Notes under the pieces: model-generated
Database searches by the model: none
The model's input: only the letters and a program-made list of their open reading frames with translations
What the model was told of the DNA's origin: nothing
Position numbers and translations under genes: made by a program
Origin: Podarcis filfolensis
Taxonomy: Eukaryota
Assembly: GCA_964270895.1 (NCBI GenBank)
Contig: OZ185452.1
Strand: one strand, 5' to 3'
Length of the DNA: 64,000 bases
In this document: positions 1-13,330 of the stretch, piece after piece
How the letters are laid out: the number at the start of each line of letters is the position of its first letter
Position numbering within the stretch: position 1 is the stretch's first letter

Positions 1-498
1 CAGCTGAAGGAATCACATTCTTGAATGTGCAAAGTCTGGTAGATTTACCTGAAGTCTGGAGTGGTACAGACCTACCCTACAGTGTCATTCAGCTGTGTGC
101 CACCCAGTATTTAGAGCTGTCCCTACACACAATGCAAAATGGCTGAATTCTGGACCTTTTCGCTTTGTACTTCTCTATGCTCCAGCCAGGCAAATGAGAG
201 GCATTATGAGAGCACATCTTCCAGCCAGTGAAAACCACTCAAGGTGCAAAGTGGAGCCAGTAACGGGTGGGGTCTGTGGGGAGTTCCAAGGGCCAGATAG
301 AGAGGCCTAAAGGGCCACCCTTAGCCTGTGGTTTCCTCAGCTCTGCTTCAATGTATAGACAAATGTTCTTAGTCCAAGGAGCAGGGTATCCCATGCCACA
401 CCAAAGAGCAATTGCCCCTTTTGGCTTTGCTCTGTATAGATTTTGTTTTTAACCCTTTAATCTTGCATGGTTTTTGCCCTATCTCCAAAACAGAATTA

Positions 499-744
<246 letters not shown>

Positions 745-1164
745 TCAGAAAGTAAACATTTCATATGCGGTCCTGTTATCATTAAGGGGTATGATCCACC
801 AGTAAGTTCTCTTACAGCTGCAATCTTAAGCATTTACTCAGAAGTATTCCCTGCTACTTCCAGGTTGGCTTACTTCAAATAAATTTCCTTAAGATCCCTA
901 TCTCTCCTTTCTGCTTCCTCCCTCTCTTTTTTCCAAAAGAAGTCATCCAATATCTGACGCCTTTAAATAATTTCTCACCCTTGCATCTGTGTAATCTATA
1001 GCACTCTCCAACCAGAATGTGGCACTTCTAAATCCCGAGTAAAAGTCGCAAAGTAATTTAAACAGCCCAAAGCAAAACCAAGTGAAAACAAAATGCTGTC
1101 ATACAGTTTCCAAAATAGAACAAAGAGCTATCAGAAGTGGAGAGCTTCTGGCCTCCAAGATGTT

Positions 1165-1514
1165 AAGGTAAAGGTAAAGGGACCCCTGACCATTAGGTCC
1201 AGTCATGGCCCACTCTGGGGTTGCAGCGCTCATCTCACTTTATTGGCCGAGGGAGCCAGCGTACAGCTTCCAGGTCATGTGGCCAGCATGACTAAGCCGC
1301 CTCTGGTGAACCAGAGCTGCGCACGGAAATGCCGTTTACCTTCTCACCGGAGTGGTACCTATTTATCTACTTGCACTTTGACGTGCTTTCGAACTGCTAG
1401 GTTGGCAGGAGCAGGGACCGAGCAATGAGAGCTCACCCCGTTGTGGGGATCCGAACCGCCGACCTTCTGATCGGCAAGTCCTAGGCTCTGTGGTTTAACC
1501 CATAGTGCCACCCG
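1165..1514 (-). mobile_element. Sauria SINE (Squam1), subfamily A
   Basis: tRNA-like head with B-box GGTTCGGATCC, characteristic body and (ACCTTT)n tail on the minus strand. Confidence 0.9.
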
Positions 1515-1690
1515 CTGAGCTATAAAATGACCACTGGCCATGCTGGATGGGAATTGGAGCCCTAGCTTCCCAATCCCTGGTTCAGAGTGTTCAACATAGC
1601 CATGAAGGTCTCTGGGTGGTCCCTACAAGGCAAATGCAACTCACAAGGAAGGCTAGGAGGATAGGAAACTGCTTTTTACCAAGTTGGGTT

Positions 1691-1950
1691 GTTGGTCATC
1701 TAGCTCAGCATTATCTACACCCACTGACTGGCAGCAACTCTCAAGGGTTTCAGGCAGGTGTCCTTAAACCTACTGGAGGTACCTGGGATCGAACCTGGGA
1801 CCTTCTGCACATAAAGCAGATGCTCTACCACTGAGCTACGGCCATGTCCCTAAGACATAGGAAGCTGCCTTATTATGAGTAAGACCATTGGCCCATCTAG
1901 CTCATTATTGTCAACACACTAACTGGCAGCAATTCTCAGGGGTTTAGACA
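1691..1950 (-). mobile_element. Squam3-like tRNA-derived SINE plus an adjacent 3' fragment of a second copy
   Basis: Head ggccgtagctcagtggtagagcatctgcttt..ttcgatccc; tail gagctagatg..aggcagcttcc. Confidence 0.75.
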
Positions 1951-2286
1951 GTTGTCCTTCTTAGCAGTTGGGGAGCAAGAGAAAGGAGGACTGGAATTTT
2001 AAGAGCTACTGGTGGAGCTTGTTTTTTTTTTTCTTCCTACGTCTCTCTCCATTTTTCCTTGCATGTTGTGTCTTTCAGATTGCACACCTGTCTTGCTACT
2101 GATTTCTTTTTTTAAAAAAAAATTATTCATTTTACAATACAAAGATATAAAAACACATAACAAAACTTATCACATATACATTTTTTTGTGCTTCCCTCAG
2201 CTCTTCTGCAAATCCTCCATTTTAATTGCTACTGATTTCTGTAAGCTGCTCTGCAATTGTATTTGCAGTTGTGTTTTGTAAGTGTA

Positions 2287-2638
2287 AAGGTAAAGGTACC
2301 CCTGCCCAACAGGGCCAGTCGTGAAAGACTCTAGGGTTGCGCGCTCATCTCGCTCAAGAGGCTGGGAGCCGGCACTGTCCGAAGACACTTCCGGGTCACG
2401 TGGCCAGCATGACGAAGCTGCATGTGGCGAGCCAGCACCCGGAAACGCCATTTACCTTCCCGCTATAAAGCGGTCCCTATTTATCTACTTGCACTTAGGG
2501 GTGCTTTCGAACTGCTAGGTTGGCAGGCGCTGGGACCGAACAATGGGAGCTCACCCTGCCACGGGGATTTGAACCGCCGACCTTACGGTCAGCAAGTCCT
2601 AGGCACTGAGGTTTTACCCACAGCGCCACCCGCGTCCC
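2287..2638 (-). mobile_element. Sauria SINE, subfamily B, with 14-bp TSD
   Basis: Full head gggacgcgggtggcgctgtggg and (ACCTTT)n tail. TSD gttttgtaagtgta at 2273-2286 and 2640-2653. Confidence 0.92.
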
Positions 2639-4079
2639 AGTTTTGTAAGTGTACTGCTGTAAAAATAACTTTTAAAAAACTACCGGGTATGTGGAAAGCA
2701 ACATTAAGTCTTGTTAAGCATTAAAGACTAACAGATTCACAGAAACATAGATTTGTAGAGTTGGAAGGGATCACAGGGGTCATCTAGTCCAACCCCCTAC
2801 AATGCAGGAATCTTTCACCCAATGTAGGACTCAAACCCATGACCCCGAGATTAACAGTTATGTTTATATTGTTTACAAAAGTTGAGTGCCTGCCCCTCTC
2901 TCTGCCAAACAGAGGCAAGAGCCCATGGGGCTCCTTTGGAGAATTGAAGACATGACAAGAGACTGTCACAGCTTTAAGAAATACTATATATTCACATATT
3001 TACTCCTTCAGTCTGCACGGAGTCCAGATCTTACAGCATGGTCATCTCAAGAGCGGTTTGCTCCCCACCGCAGTGCAGCACTCCAGTCTAAGGCATCTCT
3101 CTTCATTCTGCTGCTCCTAAACGCTAAGCCTCCTTTATTCCTTTATTATTATTGCATTCTAATGGTGCTTTTGATGCTTTGAAATACTAATGATTAACCC
3201 CCTCAGGTGTCACCTAACAAAGGAGTTCTCCTGACCATCAACACTTGTTGATTGACTACGGTTAAAGACTGGTACACACTTTGGACATTTACATAGGTTA
3301 ATTAACTCTTCACACGCTAATTGCTGGTGCTCAGAAGTAGGAACGCACATTCCAATGCACATGGATCTTGATTACATTCTCAAAGTCCAAGCACAGTCTT
3401 TACACATAAGCACGATTTAGACACCTCAACCCCCTTCCGTAACCTCCTTTCTAATACACATTGAGACTTTCTTATAACATATCCCAGTTATAGCATACAA
3501 GTTCTAATTACCGGTAAATCCTAACATTTACTATACTTAAACATCTTAGCATTACAGATCTATTACAGTATCAATGCACACAAGCAAGAGACTTTAAAAC
3601 ACTTCTGTGGCATCCAAAATTTTACTGAATAAAATCACACTTCTAAAACATACTTTATAAACGCTCTTCCTTTTTAAATTTGAAAGTCTTTAAGACTCTT
3701 GCTGCAACAGACCTATGGATATAATTATATGTTTGCATGTGTGCATGTACATTTACATATATAAACTATTTCTATAAAATATACTTCACTGCATAACAAT
3801 TATATGCATTATACATACATAACATTGAGTATATATGAGTACATATTATTGTTGTTATTATTACTATTAATTGAATTTATATACTGTCCTATACCTGGAG
3901 GTCTCAGGGCTGTTCACAGAACAAAATCAAAATGCAAAACCACAAATTATATAATCAAAATAAAAACAACAACCCAATAACCCCCCATATATACACACAA
4001 CACAATACAACACAACTTGTCTATAAGGTTCCTCCAAAAGAACCACAGAAATAAACTTGTTTGAAACTGTATAATTGTC

Positions 4080-4133
4080 TGTATAATGGATGTGAACTAA
4101 TGGATGTGAACTGTATAATGGATGTGAACTAAT
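4080..4133. repeat. Short tandem repeat (taatggatgtgaac) x3
   Basis: Direct reading. Confidence 0.9.
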
Positions 4134-4277
4134 CAATGCTCCATTCGCTAATGAATGCTTATACGTAAGAATGTATGAAGAATCCTAGTGGATCAGGCAA
4201 CGGCCCATCTATTATTTTATTTATTTATTAAAATTGCATACTGCCCTTCATCCGAAGATCACAGGGCAGTTAAAAAA

Positions 4278-4680
4278 TACAACCACCAGCAGCCAGAATC
4301 ATCTATGCACAAATTTGGAAGGAAAAAGTTCCTGCCCAAGAAGAATGGATAAGTAAAGTGATGGACAACATGGAATTGGCAAAGTTAACAGCTAAAATAA
4401 GTGTACCTAATGATGACTGTTTTGTGGAAGGATGGAAGCCTTTTTTGGACTATTTAAAGAAATATTATAGTATGATGAGTTTGCAAGCAGGATTTAAACA
4501 AGAGCAACAGAAGGGATTAAAGACTATTGCATTGTTGTTATGGTATAAGAGAGAGATGATAGGTTACAGCAAGGGGAAGCAATAAAAAAATGGAAAATGG
4601 GGTGGGAAGTCGACAAAACAGAAAAAATATTATGTATTGGAATGTATATATGATTTTTTTGAAAATGTAATAAATTATAA
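4278..4680 (+). mobile_element. L1/Tx1-clade LINE 3' fragment
   Basis: Translates TTAARIIYAQIWKEKVPAQEEWISKVMDNMELAKLTAKI...WKPFLDYLK, typical of the reptile L1 ORF2 C-terminus. Confidence 0.75.
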
Positions 4681-4870
4681 CTGGGGGGGGCAAGACGCCC
4701 ATGAGGAGCTTACAGGCAGGATCTGAGTGCAACAGTACTCTCCCCGCCTATTGTTTCCAGAAACTAGTACCTGGAGCATACTGCCTCTAGCGGTGGAGGT
4801 ACAACATAGCCAGGGTGGCTAGTAACCAGTAGTGATTATAGTTACCCATCTTAATTCTAAAGCATTCTTA

Positions 4871-5056
4871 NNNNNNNNNNNNNNNNNNNNNNNNNNNNNN
4901 NNNNNNNNNNNNNNNNNNNNNNNNNNNNNNNNNNNNNNNNNNNNNNNNNNNNNNNNNNNNNNNNNNNNNNNNNNNNNNNNNNNNNNNNNNNNNNNNNNNN
5001 NNNNNNNNNNNNNNNNNNNNNNNNNNNNNNNNNNNNNNNNNNNNNNNNNNNNNNNN
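4871..5056. other. Assembly gap (186 N) in TBX5 intron 3
   Basis: Run of N. Confidence 1.
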
Positions 5057-6909
5057 GAAACAACATTGTGTTCCGAAACGGAAACACAGAATAAACTGCA
5101 GCAAATCCTAAACTCCTCAAACGCAGAATCATCCAGTCAGACCCTGCCATTCATTTCAACAGGACTAATTTCAAAGCTGGAGTAGAAACTGAACCTTAAA
5201 GCATAACCTCCGGCGCTTGTGGTGGAGCGTGTTTATGGAAAACCATAATTGGAGGCGGGATCAGAACACAGTTTTTTCCTCAGGTAGAGATAGCGCCCCT
5301 GCAAGTTATACTATGATAAATATAGAGGTGAGGAGGTCAAATAGTTTATGAAGGACCCTGTTCAGATCTGATTGTTTTGATGTCATTCGGTCTAGATTTG
5401 CGCATATACATATATATATATATATCAAAATGAAAACATGCCAAATCTCTTACTGTGCCTATAACGCGCGCGCAAAACTGAGAGGCGCAATGGAACCCCG
5501 TAGTACGATCCTATGCATGTTTACTCGGAAGTTCTGTGGAACTTACTCGCAAGTAATTGCGCGCAGAATCTCAGTCTAATGGTATACATAGTATTCACTG
5601 TGCTAATTTCAAGCATTCATCTGTCCCTAAACTTGACACAACATAAATAACTAATTAACAAAACCAGAGCAAGCTTGAGTGAAGTGTTGTTTGTGCTTTT
5701 ATGACACACACACAAACAAGCAAACACATTAAGAAAAGGGGAAACACTTTGGGTTGATACACTATGCCCTATTCAGAGGGAAATGACTAACCTACGTTCA
5801 TTCATTTCTGTGGATCTACTCTGAGTAGGACTTACTTCTGAATTGACATGGTCAGGATTCTGCCACCGAAACTGGCGGGCCTTTAGATGGTTTCATTTTG
5901 TCTCGATTATTGCAATGGTTACCCTGCGAAAATAACTGGAAGAGTTGCTGCAGCACCTAAACTTGTTTTAAAAGGGTGGGGGGAGAATCTCAGGAGAAGC
6001 AAAACTTCTCATTTTCCCCCCACCACCCGTGGATCAAAGCCAAACACTTTTCAGAACAGAACTCTCCAGCCCCAGTCTGTTCTATGCACGCCCGTCTACT
6101 CAGAAGTCAACCTCACTACGTTCATTAGGACTTACTCCCAAGTAAACGCGCCAGGCATTGCAACCCAAGATGTGCTTGACGTTGGCCAAACTCGCCTGCC
6201 TTCTATATAGTGCACGCATCGCCCTAATTATCGCATCCACAAACCTTAAGATCAATTCTTCGAAATATTCCTGCAAGGAAATCTATTCAGAGAGCTCCGC
6301 TGTCACTCCTGATATTGCATTTTATGCGACATCAGATCCTGCGTATTTTTCACTGGGCAGAAATCTTCAAGGCACGTCCGGGCTGCTATAACGCACCCGG
6401 AAATGCTTCTTTTCATTTCAATGGGGTTCGCAAAGGAACTCCACCTCCCTCCGAGGACACACACAGCCCTGGAAATGAATCATGTTCCTTCGTCTTTTAG
6501 GGAAGCAGGCCGAAATTTCATTTATTTATTTCTCCACAAAGCCATTAACTTACCTAAAAAATATCCATACCCCGCCTTTTGACCAAAAGAAAAACCCTCG
6601 AGACGGCTTACAACATTGTGGTAAGACTACAATACGCAACCTCGGTGGAAAACCACAAAGGCAAGAGGATATAGAGAATAAATTTAAAATGGGCGTCAAG
6701 TTAATAAATAAAAATATTTAACTAACTGACCAACTGCATCGCAGATAACTCGCTTCTACCACCACCCCCAATATAAACTCTGCCCCCCAAAAATATAAAT
6801 ATTGGCTACGCCCATGACACACGCACACATTTAGTGATAATGAGTCTTTCTCCACCAGCTCCATCACCCACATTCTGATCCCCCAAAAAGAGAAATATCT
6901 GGATTCTTA

Positions 6910-7217
<308 letters not shown>

Positions 7218-9819
7218 TGTGACGTACCCGTTCCCCAAATCACGGGGATATCAAGGGTGTTTATTCCCCGCGCCCATCAATAGCTGATGGCATGTCTTTT
7301 TCACGCCACACCTTTTCAAGTGTATATCCCCCACCGCTTTACTGATGATGATGATGATGATGATAAACTTCGATTGATTTGGGAGCAAATCCCACTGGTT
7401 TCAAGGTGGCTTGTTCCCTAGTATACACGCATAGGCTCGGGTTACACGGGTGTTCCTAAAATGCCAACAGTGAACGTGGAAACGGGGGACAGACGCGTGC
7501 TTCTTCCAGGCACACGCGGCCAGGAGACGGGATTGGCTGTGGCTCCTGCTGAGAGTACCTCCTCGGTGGCAAACCCGAGTTTCTGACTGTGTAACGTGTG
7601 AAACGACCTCCGGAGCGAGAGAGAGAGTGCTAGCGGACTTGGCTGCACTCCACGACTGCTGTTATCCTTTCTCAGTGAATAGAGGCTTGCCTAAACTAGG
7701 CTTGTGGTTTTTATCTCCCGAAATGGCGAGGCGGGAGGGGAGGGAGGGAGGGACGGAGTGGGCGAGAGACGGGACAGTCCGGCTCATGTTCAAAGACGCT
7801 TCGCCGCTCCAGGCCGGAGATCTGCCCAGCGCCAGCGGCCATGAGAGCCGCTTGGAACTTTTCTGATAGGAGCCGGCCTGATAGGCTCCGAGCCAAGAGC
7901 ATCAAAATAGCAGGCGCTATAATAGGATCGGAGGCAAGGAAGGTTTTCCTGAGAAAAAAGGCAGCGGGGTGGGATGGGGGAAGAGAGAGCAGAGAAAAAG
8001 GAGGAGGGAGGAGGAGGAGGAGGATGAAAAGCTGACCCCTGCGAAGGAGGTTATCTGTGCCTTGCAGTCACTTACGGGCCCATCCCTACGTCCTTCCAGA
8101 GTTTCCTTTATTGGTTGCATTTATATTCCGCCTCTCCCCACCCCCAAGCTCAGTGCGGCCTCCGTGATTTCCGCCCCCCTCCACATTTTATCCCCACAGC
8201 AACCCTGTGAGGTACGTCGGGCTGCTGTGCCCAAGGTCACCCAAGTAAACATCACAGGGCTGAGCGGGGGATTTGAACTCGGGTCTCCCAGGTCCTGAAC
8301 CGCTTCCCCACACTGGCTCTGAGATTACATGGCACAAAGGTGCGGTTCCTATCCTACTGCGTTTCTGGTTCAGGTTCTGGGAAACCAGGCCAACTCTGTG
8401 GAGGTCAAGTTGAAAGTGCATTGGGTTAAGACGTCCAAATGCACAAATACGAACTCGCCTCCGCGGCTTTCTTATGTACGTACACGCCTGTTGTCATAAT
8501 CATCCACGCTATTTTATTATTTTCATTAGATACCGCTTCATCTACATATCTGCATCTCTACCCAAAAAATAAGGATAATTATAGTAATATGTCCGTGTCC
8601 TTAAGGGCAGTGTTCAACCAGATTGTCTGTCTTTCCTTACCCGCCCTTCACCAGACGGTTCCAAGGCAGTTTAATCGAAAACAGAATTAACCTACAATCC
8701 TATGCACATATCCGTGGGAATAAGTCCCATTAAATTCAATGGGGTTTTCCTTCTGAGTTTAGGATTGCCTTGCTGAAGAATTGTGCTCCTGTTGAAAGCT
8801 GAGCACGCCTAAGCCCGCGGAAAGCAACAGAGAGGAGAATCCCACCCGGTGCCTAGGACGGCAGCCCTGTTTACTCGGGAGAAACTTCCTTTGTTCAACT
8901 GGACTTACTCCCTAGTAAGTGTGCAAAAGGACTGCGCCGCTCCTGGGTTCCTCATTTCCGATGGGTACAGTGGAAATGATTACCGAAGGTGGGCGTTAAA
9001 TGTAACATTTAGAAAGCAAAAGTTCAACTCGGAAACTGCAATCCTATGAGGCCCATTGTAATCAATGGGATTTACTTCTGAGCGTGCCTGCATGCATTGC
9101 CCGCCCCCCGCCCATCAGCCTTGCTTCCCTGACACGCTGGACCTCCCCAAAAAAGAGAGAAAGGGATAGGGTTCCCCTTAGCTCTCAAGCCCACGGTTCA
9201 AAATTTGACCCGGCCGATTAATAGCAGATTAATCAACCTACACTTTAGTTGATTAATCGACTGGACCGTTGCAGCCGTGCTGCGCGTCAGCTTCATGCTG
9301 ATGGATCGTTTCGACAAATGGAACGTTGGCATATTCCCTATCACAAGCCGGGAGAGCTCGACAATGCGATCCTACGCATATTTATTCAGAAGTAAGTCCG
9401 AACTAGTTCGTGGAGGCGAACGCTTGAGAAAGGCTGCAATCCTACACCCACTTGATCTCGAGTAAGCCCCACCGAACTCCTGAATAGATAGCGATAGGAT
9501 CGCGCCTTAAAAGTGCCTAGAACCTCGACGTGGGCCATTTTTATATTTTTTTTGGGAATACTGTATGTTTATACTAACTTTTCCAACAGCAAAAGTTCTC
9601 GATACCGTTTACACAGTAAAAGGTGGCTTAGAAATCTTTCCTGTCTCCTTCCCTCCCAGAATTTTTGTCTTTAAAAACTGGCCAGTAGCTTGTAAACACG
9701 GGGACTCCGCATACGCGCATTTACCTACGAGTAAGCCCTACTGAACACGGTAGGAATGGGGAGAGCGCCATCCATGGTACTTAACGAGGCTTGCTTTGGC
9801 CTAAGAGATTAGGCCAGCG

Positions 9820-9950
9820 TACATTTAAAGCACACTCCCCTCCAAAGAATCCTGGGAGCTCTAGTTTGTTATGGGTGCTGGGACCTGTAGGTCTGCGAGT
9901 GAGTGAACTACAATTCCCGTTGGGAGCGGAGGGACATGCTTTAAAATGTA
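9820..9950. mobile_element. Palindromic MITE with tttaaagca termini
   Basis: tacatttaaagca...tgctttaaaatgta. Related copies at about 53110-53615 (interrupted), 53825-53945 and 56185-56310. Confidence 0.6.
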
Positions 9951-11472
9951 TAACGTGGAAGGGAGGGAGAGAAGGAGAATGAGGCAGCCATGCTGATTTC
10001 CCAGTTCTGTGATGCCTAAAAGAGAAATCGTTTTTTAAAAAACAAAATAACCTAAATATAAATAAAAGAGCACACCCCATTTCGCGGGGCTCGCTTCTGC
10101 ATAGTGATCCGAATGCATGTTGTGTTTTTTTTTAAGATCCTGAACCAAAGACTCACTTCCATCACAAACGGCAGCGAAGCAACTCGCTAGAAGCAGCCGA
10201 AGCAAGGGTAGATTTCAAGTCCTCCCGGCCAAGCCAAGAGCATACTGCATATATATTTGCAGTAATGGGCTGGAGGGAGAGGGAGGATCGGTTTCGAGAA
10301 ACCAGATGTTGGGACGACGAGAGAAAGACCCAGCCCGAAGGATCAAGGCTGGAAACCTCGCGGTCGTAAATGTATTGCACGCTCAGGCACTCCCTACACA
10401 CGCGAACTTTTAATTTTTTTATTTTCTGAACATCTCTCCTTCCAACCTCTGATGTTTGGGTGCAAATAAATGTACTTAATTCTTTATTCGCGTGCGGCTC
10501 TCGCCGGTGCGAGCGCCACACACGTATATCTCGGGGAGCGTCCTCACGATCATTTAAGCCGGGTTCGTTCCCAGTTCCCTTTCGACTTCCTTTTCTGCGA
10601 CCTTTACGCCGCCCTCGCAGCCAGGAGAGAGTGGGACGCGGCGCGCCTGCGTATGTATTTGCATTTTACTGCCGGCGCAATCTATCCAAAGCGACCTTAG
10701 TTATTGTGGTTGTGAGCAAGAATCTGGCGATGGCAGTTTATTCCGAGATCGATTGACGCGGACTGCGCGGCTGGCTTACATAACCAGGTCTACTACAAAC
10801 TGTATTTGAGGCGGGAGCCAGGAAATGAATCCGAATGGGTATTACAAATACGAATATTTTCCCTGTCCTTTAACGGTACCCCCAAATTTTCCTGCTTGCG
10901 AAGGACGGTCTCCCTCAGTCAATAGCCGTGCTCGCCTTTCTGCATAGCAGAATCAACGCATTCCAGACTCCATCTCTCCAAATATACATATATATTTCAT
11001 TGTACGTGATTTTTGGGGTGGAGATTTTTATATTTGTCTTATTCCATTGTATTATCTTTCTCCAATTGTACCCTTACAGGTGGGATTTACAGTGAATAAT
11101 AAATAAATGAAATGAAACTACCTTTCAGCGCAGTTTTAACCACGTCTACTCAGAAGTAACTCAATTGAACTAAATGGGGCCTACTCCCAGGTAAGTGGGG
11201 TTGTTACGACTGCAACCTAAGTAACCTATTATTATCATTCATTAAACGTTAGCCCTACTCAGAAAAGACCTAATGAGGTGACCCCCCCGTCATATTTATT
11301 GATTTTAATGGGCCTACTCAGAGTAGGACTGTCCTTGGATACACAACCCATTATTATTATGAATTAAAAGAACAGAGGAGGAGTAATGGGGTTGTCTCTC
11401 ATTAGTTCCCACTTTCCCAAAGCATTCCCACCCCCCTGCCTCCCCCCATTCCTGCCCAGTGCGGCGGCTTAC

Positions 11473-11619
11473 CTGTTGGGTGAAGGCGGCCTGGGGCGAG
11501 GAAGGTTGTTTGCTGCTGGCGCCCAGCTGACTCTCCGGCTTTCCGTCGCTCGCTAGCTCCTTCGTGTCTGAGTCGACCGGCGTGGCTGGGAGCCCGAAGC
11601 CTTCTTCGGCATCCGCCAT
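11473..11619 (-). CDS. TBX5: T-box transcription factor TBX5, first coding exon (exon 2), 147 bp
   Basis: ATG at 11619 in good context (AACATGG) with an in-frame TAG 6 nt upstream. Translates MADAEEGFGLPATPVDSDTKELASDGKPESQLGASSKQPSSPQAAFTQQ (49 aa), the TBX5-type N-terminus. Donor CAG|GTAAGC at 11472, phase 0. Confidence 0.97.
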
Positions 11620-11651
11620 GTTCTAGACTGCTGAGCCCCCCCGCCCCACTC
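11620..11651 (-). other. TBX5: 5' UTR part of TBX5 exon 2
   Basis: Acceptor CAG at 11654-11652, preceded by a (CT)25 pyrimidine tract and a CTCAC branch-point-like motif at 11724-11720. Confidence 0.75.
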
Positions 11652-11661
11652 CTGTACAGCG

Positions 11662-11663
<2 letters not shown>

Positions 11664-11713
<50 letters not shown>
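11664..11713. repeat. (GA)25 microsatellite forming the exon 2 polypyrimidine tract
   Basis: Direct reading. Confidence 0.97.
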
Positions 11714-11717
<4 letters not shown>

Positions 11718-11787
11718 TGGTGAGTCTTGGCGATGGTGGAGAGAAGGAGAAGAGACCCACGGTCGCATCCCCTCTTTGCCACTGCAA

Positions 11788-12032
11788 CAGTGCTGGATTT
11801 ATAAGCTAAACTATAGCTTAGGGCCCCACTCTCTTGGGGGACCCCAAAAATTTAAAGGGCAAAAACCTGGATGCACTTCGATAAAATACATATTTTGTTA
11901 TAAATTACCATATAGCATATATTCAACACAAAAAACGGCGACAATTTGTTGTTGACAAAGGACAGCTGGACATGTAAAGGGCCCCATTGCCTTCAGTAGC
12001 TTAGGGCCTCATCAAACTTAAATCCGGCCCTG
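11788..12032. mobile_element. hAT-like MITE in intron 1, near the exon 2 acceptor
   Basis: TIRs cagtgctggattta / taaatccggccctg (12 of 14 match); TSD not recognisable. Confidence 0.65.
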
Positions 12033-12929
12033 GAGTGGAGCGAGGGAGACCGAATGATGGGCGGATAGGCAGAGAGAGGGGGGGGGGTCCACGGCTGCCA
12101 ATTCAAGGCCAGTTATACCCGCGTTCCTCAAAGGCCTATGCCTGCCCCCGCTTCAAAGACCAGGCCCCAGAAGAGAGGCTTGTTTGGGGATCCCTGCTGT
12201 CTCCCTTCTTTTCACATCGACAGGTTCCCAATCTTACAGATATACAGAAATGTGTCTGTGCTGTGCATAAATCTCCCGTGCATAGGCCATCCCAACACAC
12301 AAACACTTTTAAAACTTATATGATACGAGGTAAAATGCCACATTCGCTAATGGTAGGAAAATGCAACCTGTGCCGTTAATGTTCAGAAATAATTTTGCAC
12401 CATTTATCAAATATGTGAGAAAGAGACAATTACTTACAAAGTGCCGTGAAAACTTACAAACTACCTGAAATAAAGTGAACTTGCAATATCATATTTAACT
12501 AGGTTCTTACAAATTCTTGACTCAGTTTTTCGTTTTTTAAATAAGTTCCAGAATATTCAAGAAAAGGGTAAGTTCAACGTTGTTCCCCGTAGCTGTGAGG
12601 TGCCGGGAACCACGTTGTACACGCTAATGGAGCTGTGAATCATCACAACCGCAATCGCATTCTGTACCTATATGTACAAGCCCTTGTGTATATTGGGTGT
12701 GCATATTGGATCAATGAAGCTTTCTTACAGCGGTCTCCGTGGTTGCAATAACCCCATGGATACTTACTGGGGAGTGAGACCCCTTCCAGTGAATGTGATT
12801 TATTTTTGAATAAATTTGCACATGTTCAGGCTGCTTGGGCTGCTAGACCCGAGAAATCTGTGGGGCCTAAGGCATGTAAGGATGTCCAAGACTGAAACAC
12901 ATTCTTGCGCTACTTGTTTTGTTGGGTCA

Positions 12930-13330
12930 GTGCGTCTGCTAACCTCCTTTTCACACATGTGTCATATGTGCAGAAGCACAATGTGTGCACGTGTGTTGAT
13001 TAGCACACAAATACATATTCTTTACGTACACAAAATATACATGCACACACGCAAGCATGAGTGTACTGACACGTACACATATTCTATATGTACACAAATA
13101 TATGCACACAGAGAGGCATACATATACATACATCTGGGTACACACACAGATTCTATAGTAACCAAAATATTACACATGTACACGTGCAAGCATGGATATG
13201 CACGCATATGCATCTTCCGTGTGTACACATGTATATTCTGCATGTACTCATAAAACAAGCATATGTATATATACCCGTGCGTAAAACAAAGAGAAAGATT
13301 CGTGCGCACACTTCTATGTACACACAGAGA
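12930..13330. repeat. Low-complexity AC/AT/GT alternating tract
   Basis: About 400 bp of degenerate (RY)n sequence. Confidence 0.8.

Noticed and set aside
3190-3700. Possible LTR or internal retroelement fragment
   Set aside because: No termini, TSD, coding motif or second copy could be identified.
4832-5185. ORFs spanning 4871-5056
   Set aside because: Artefacts of the N gap.
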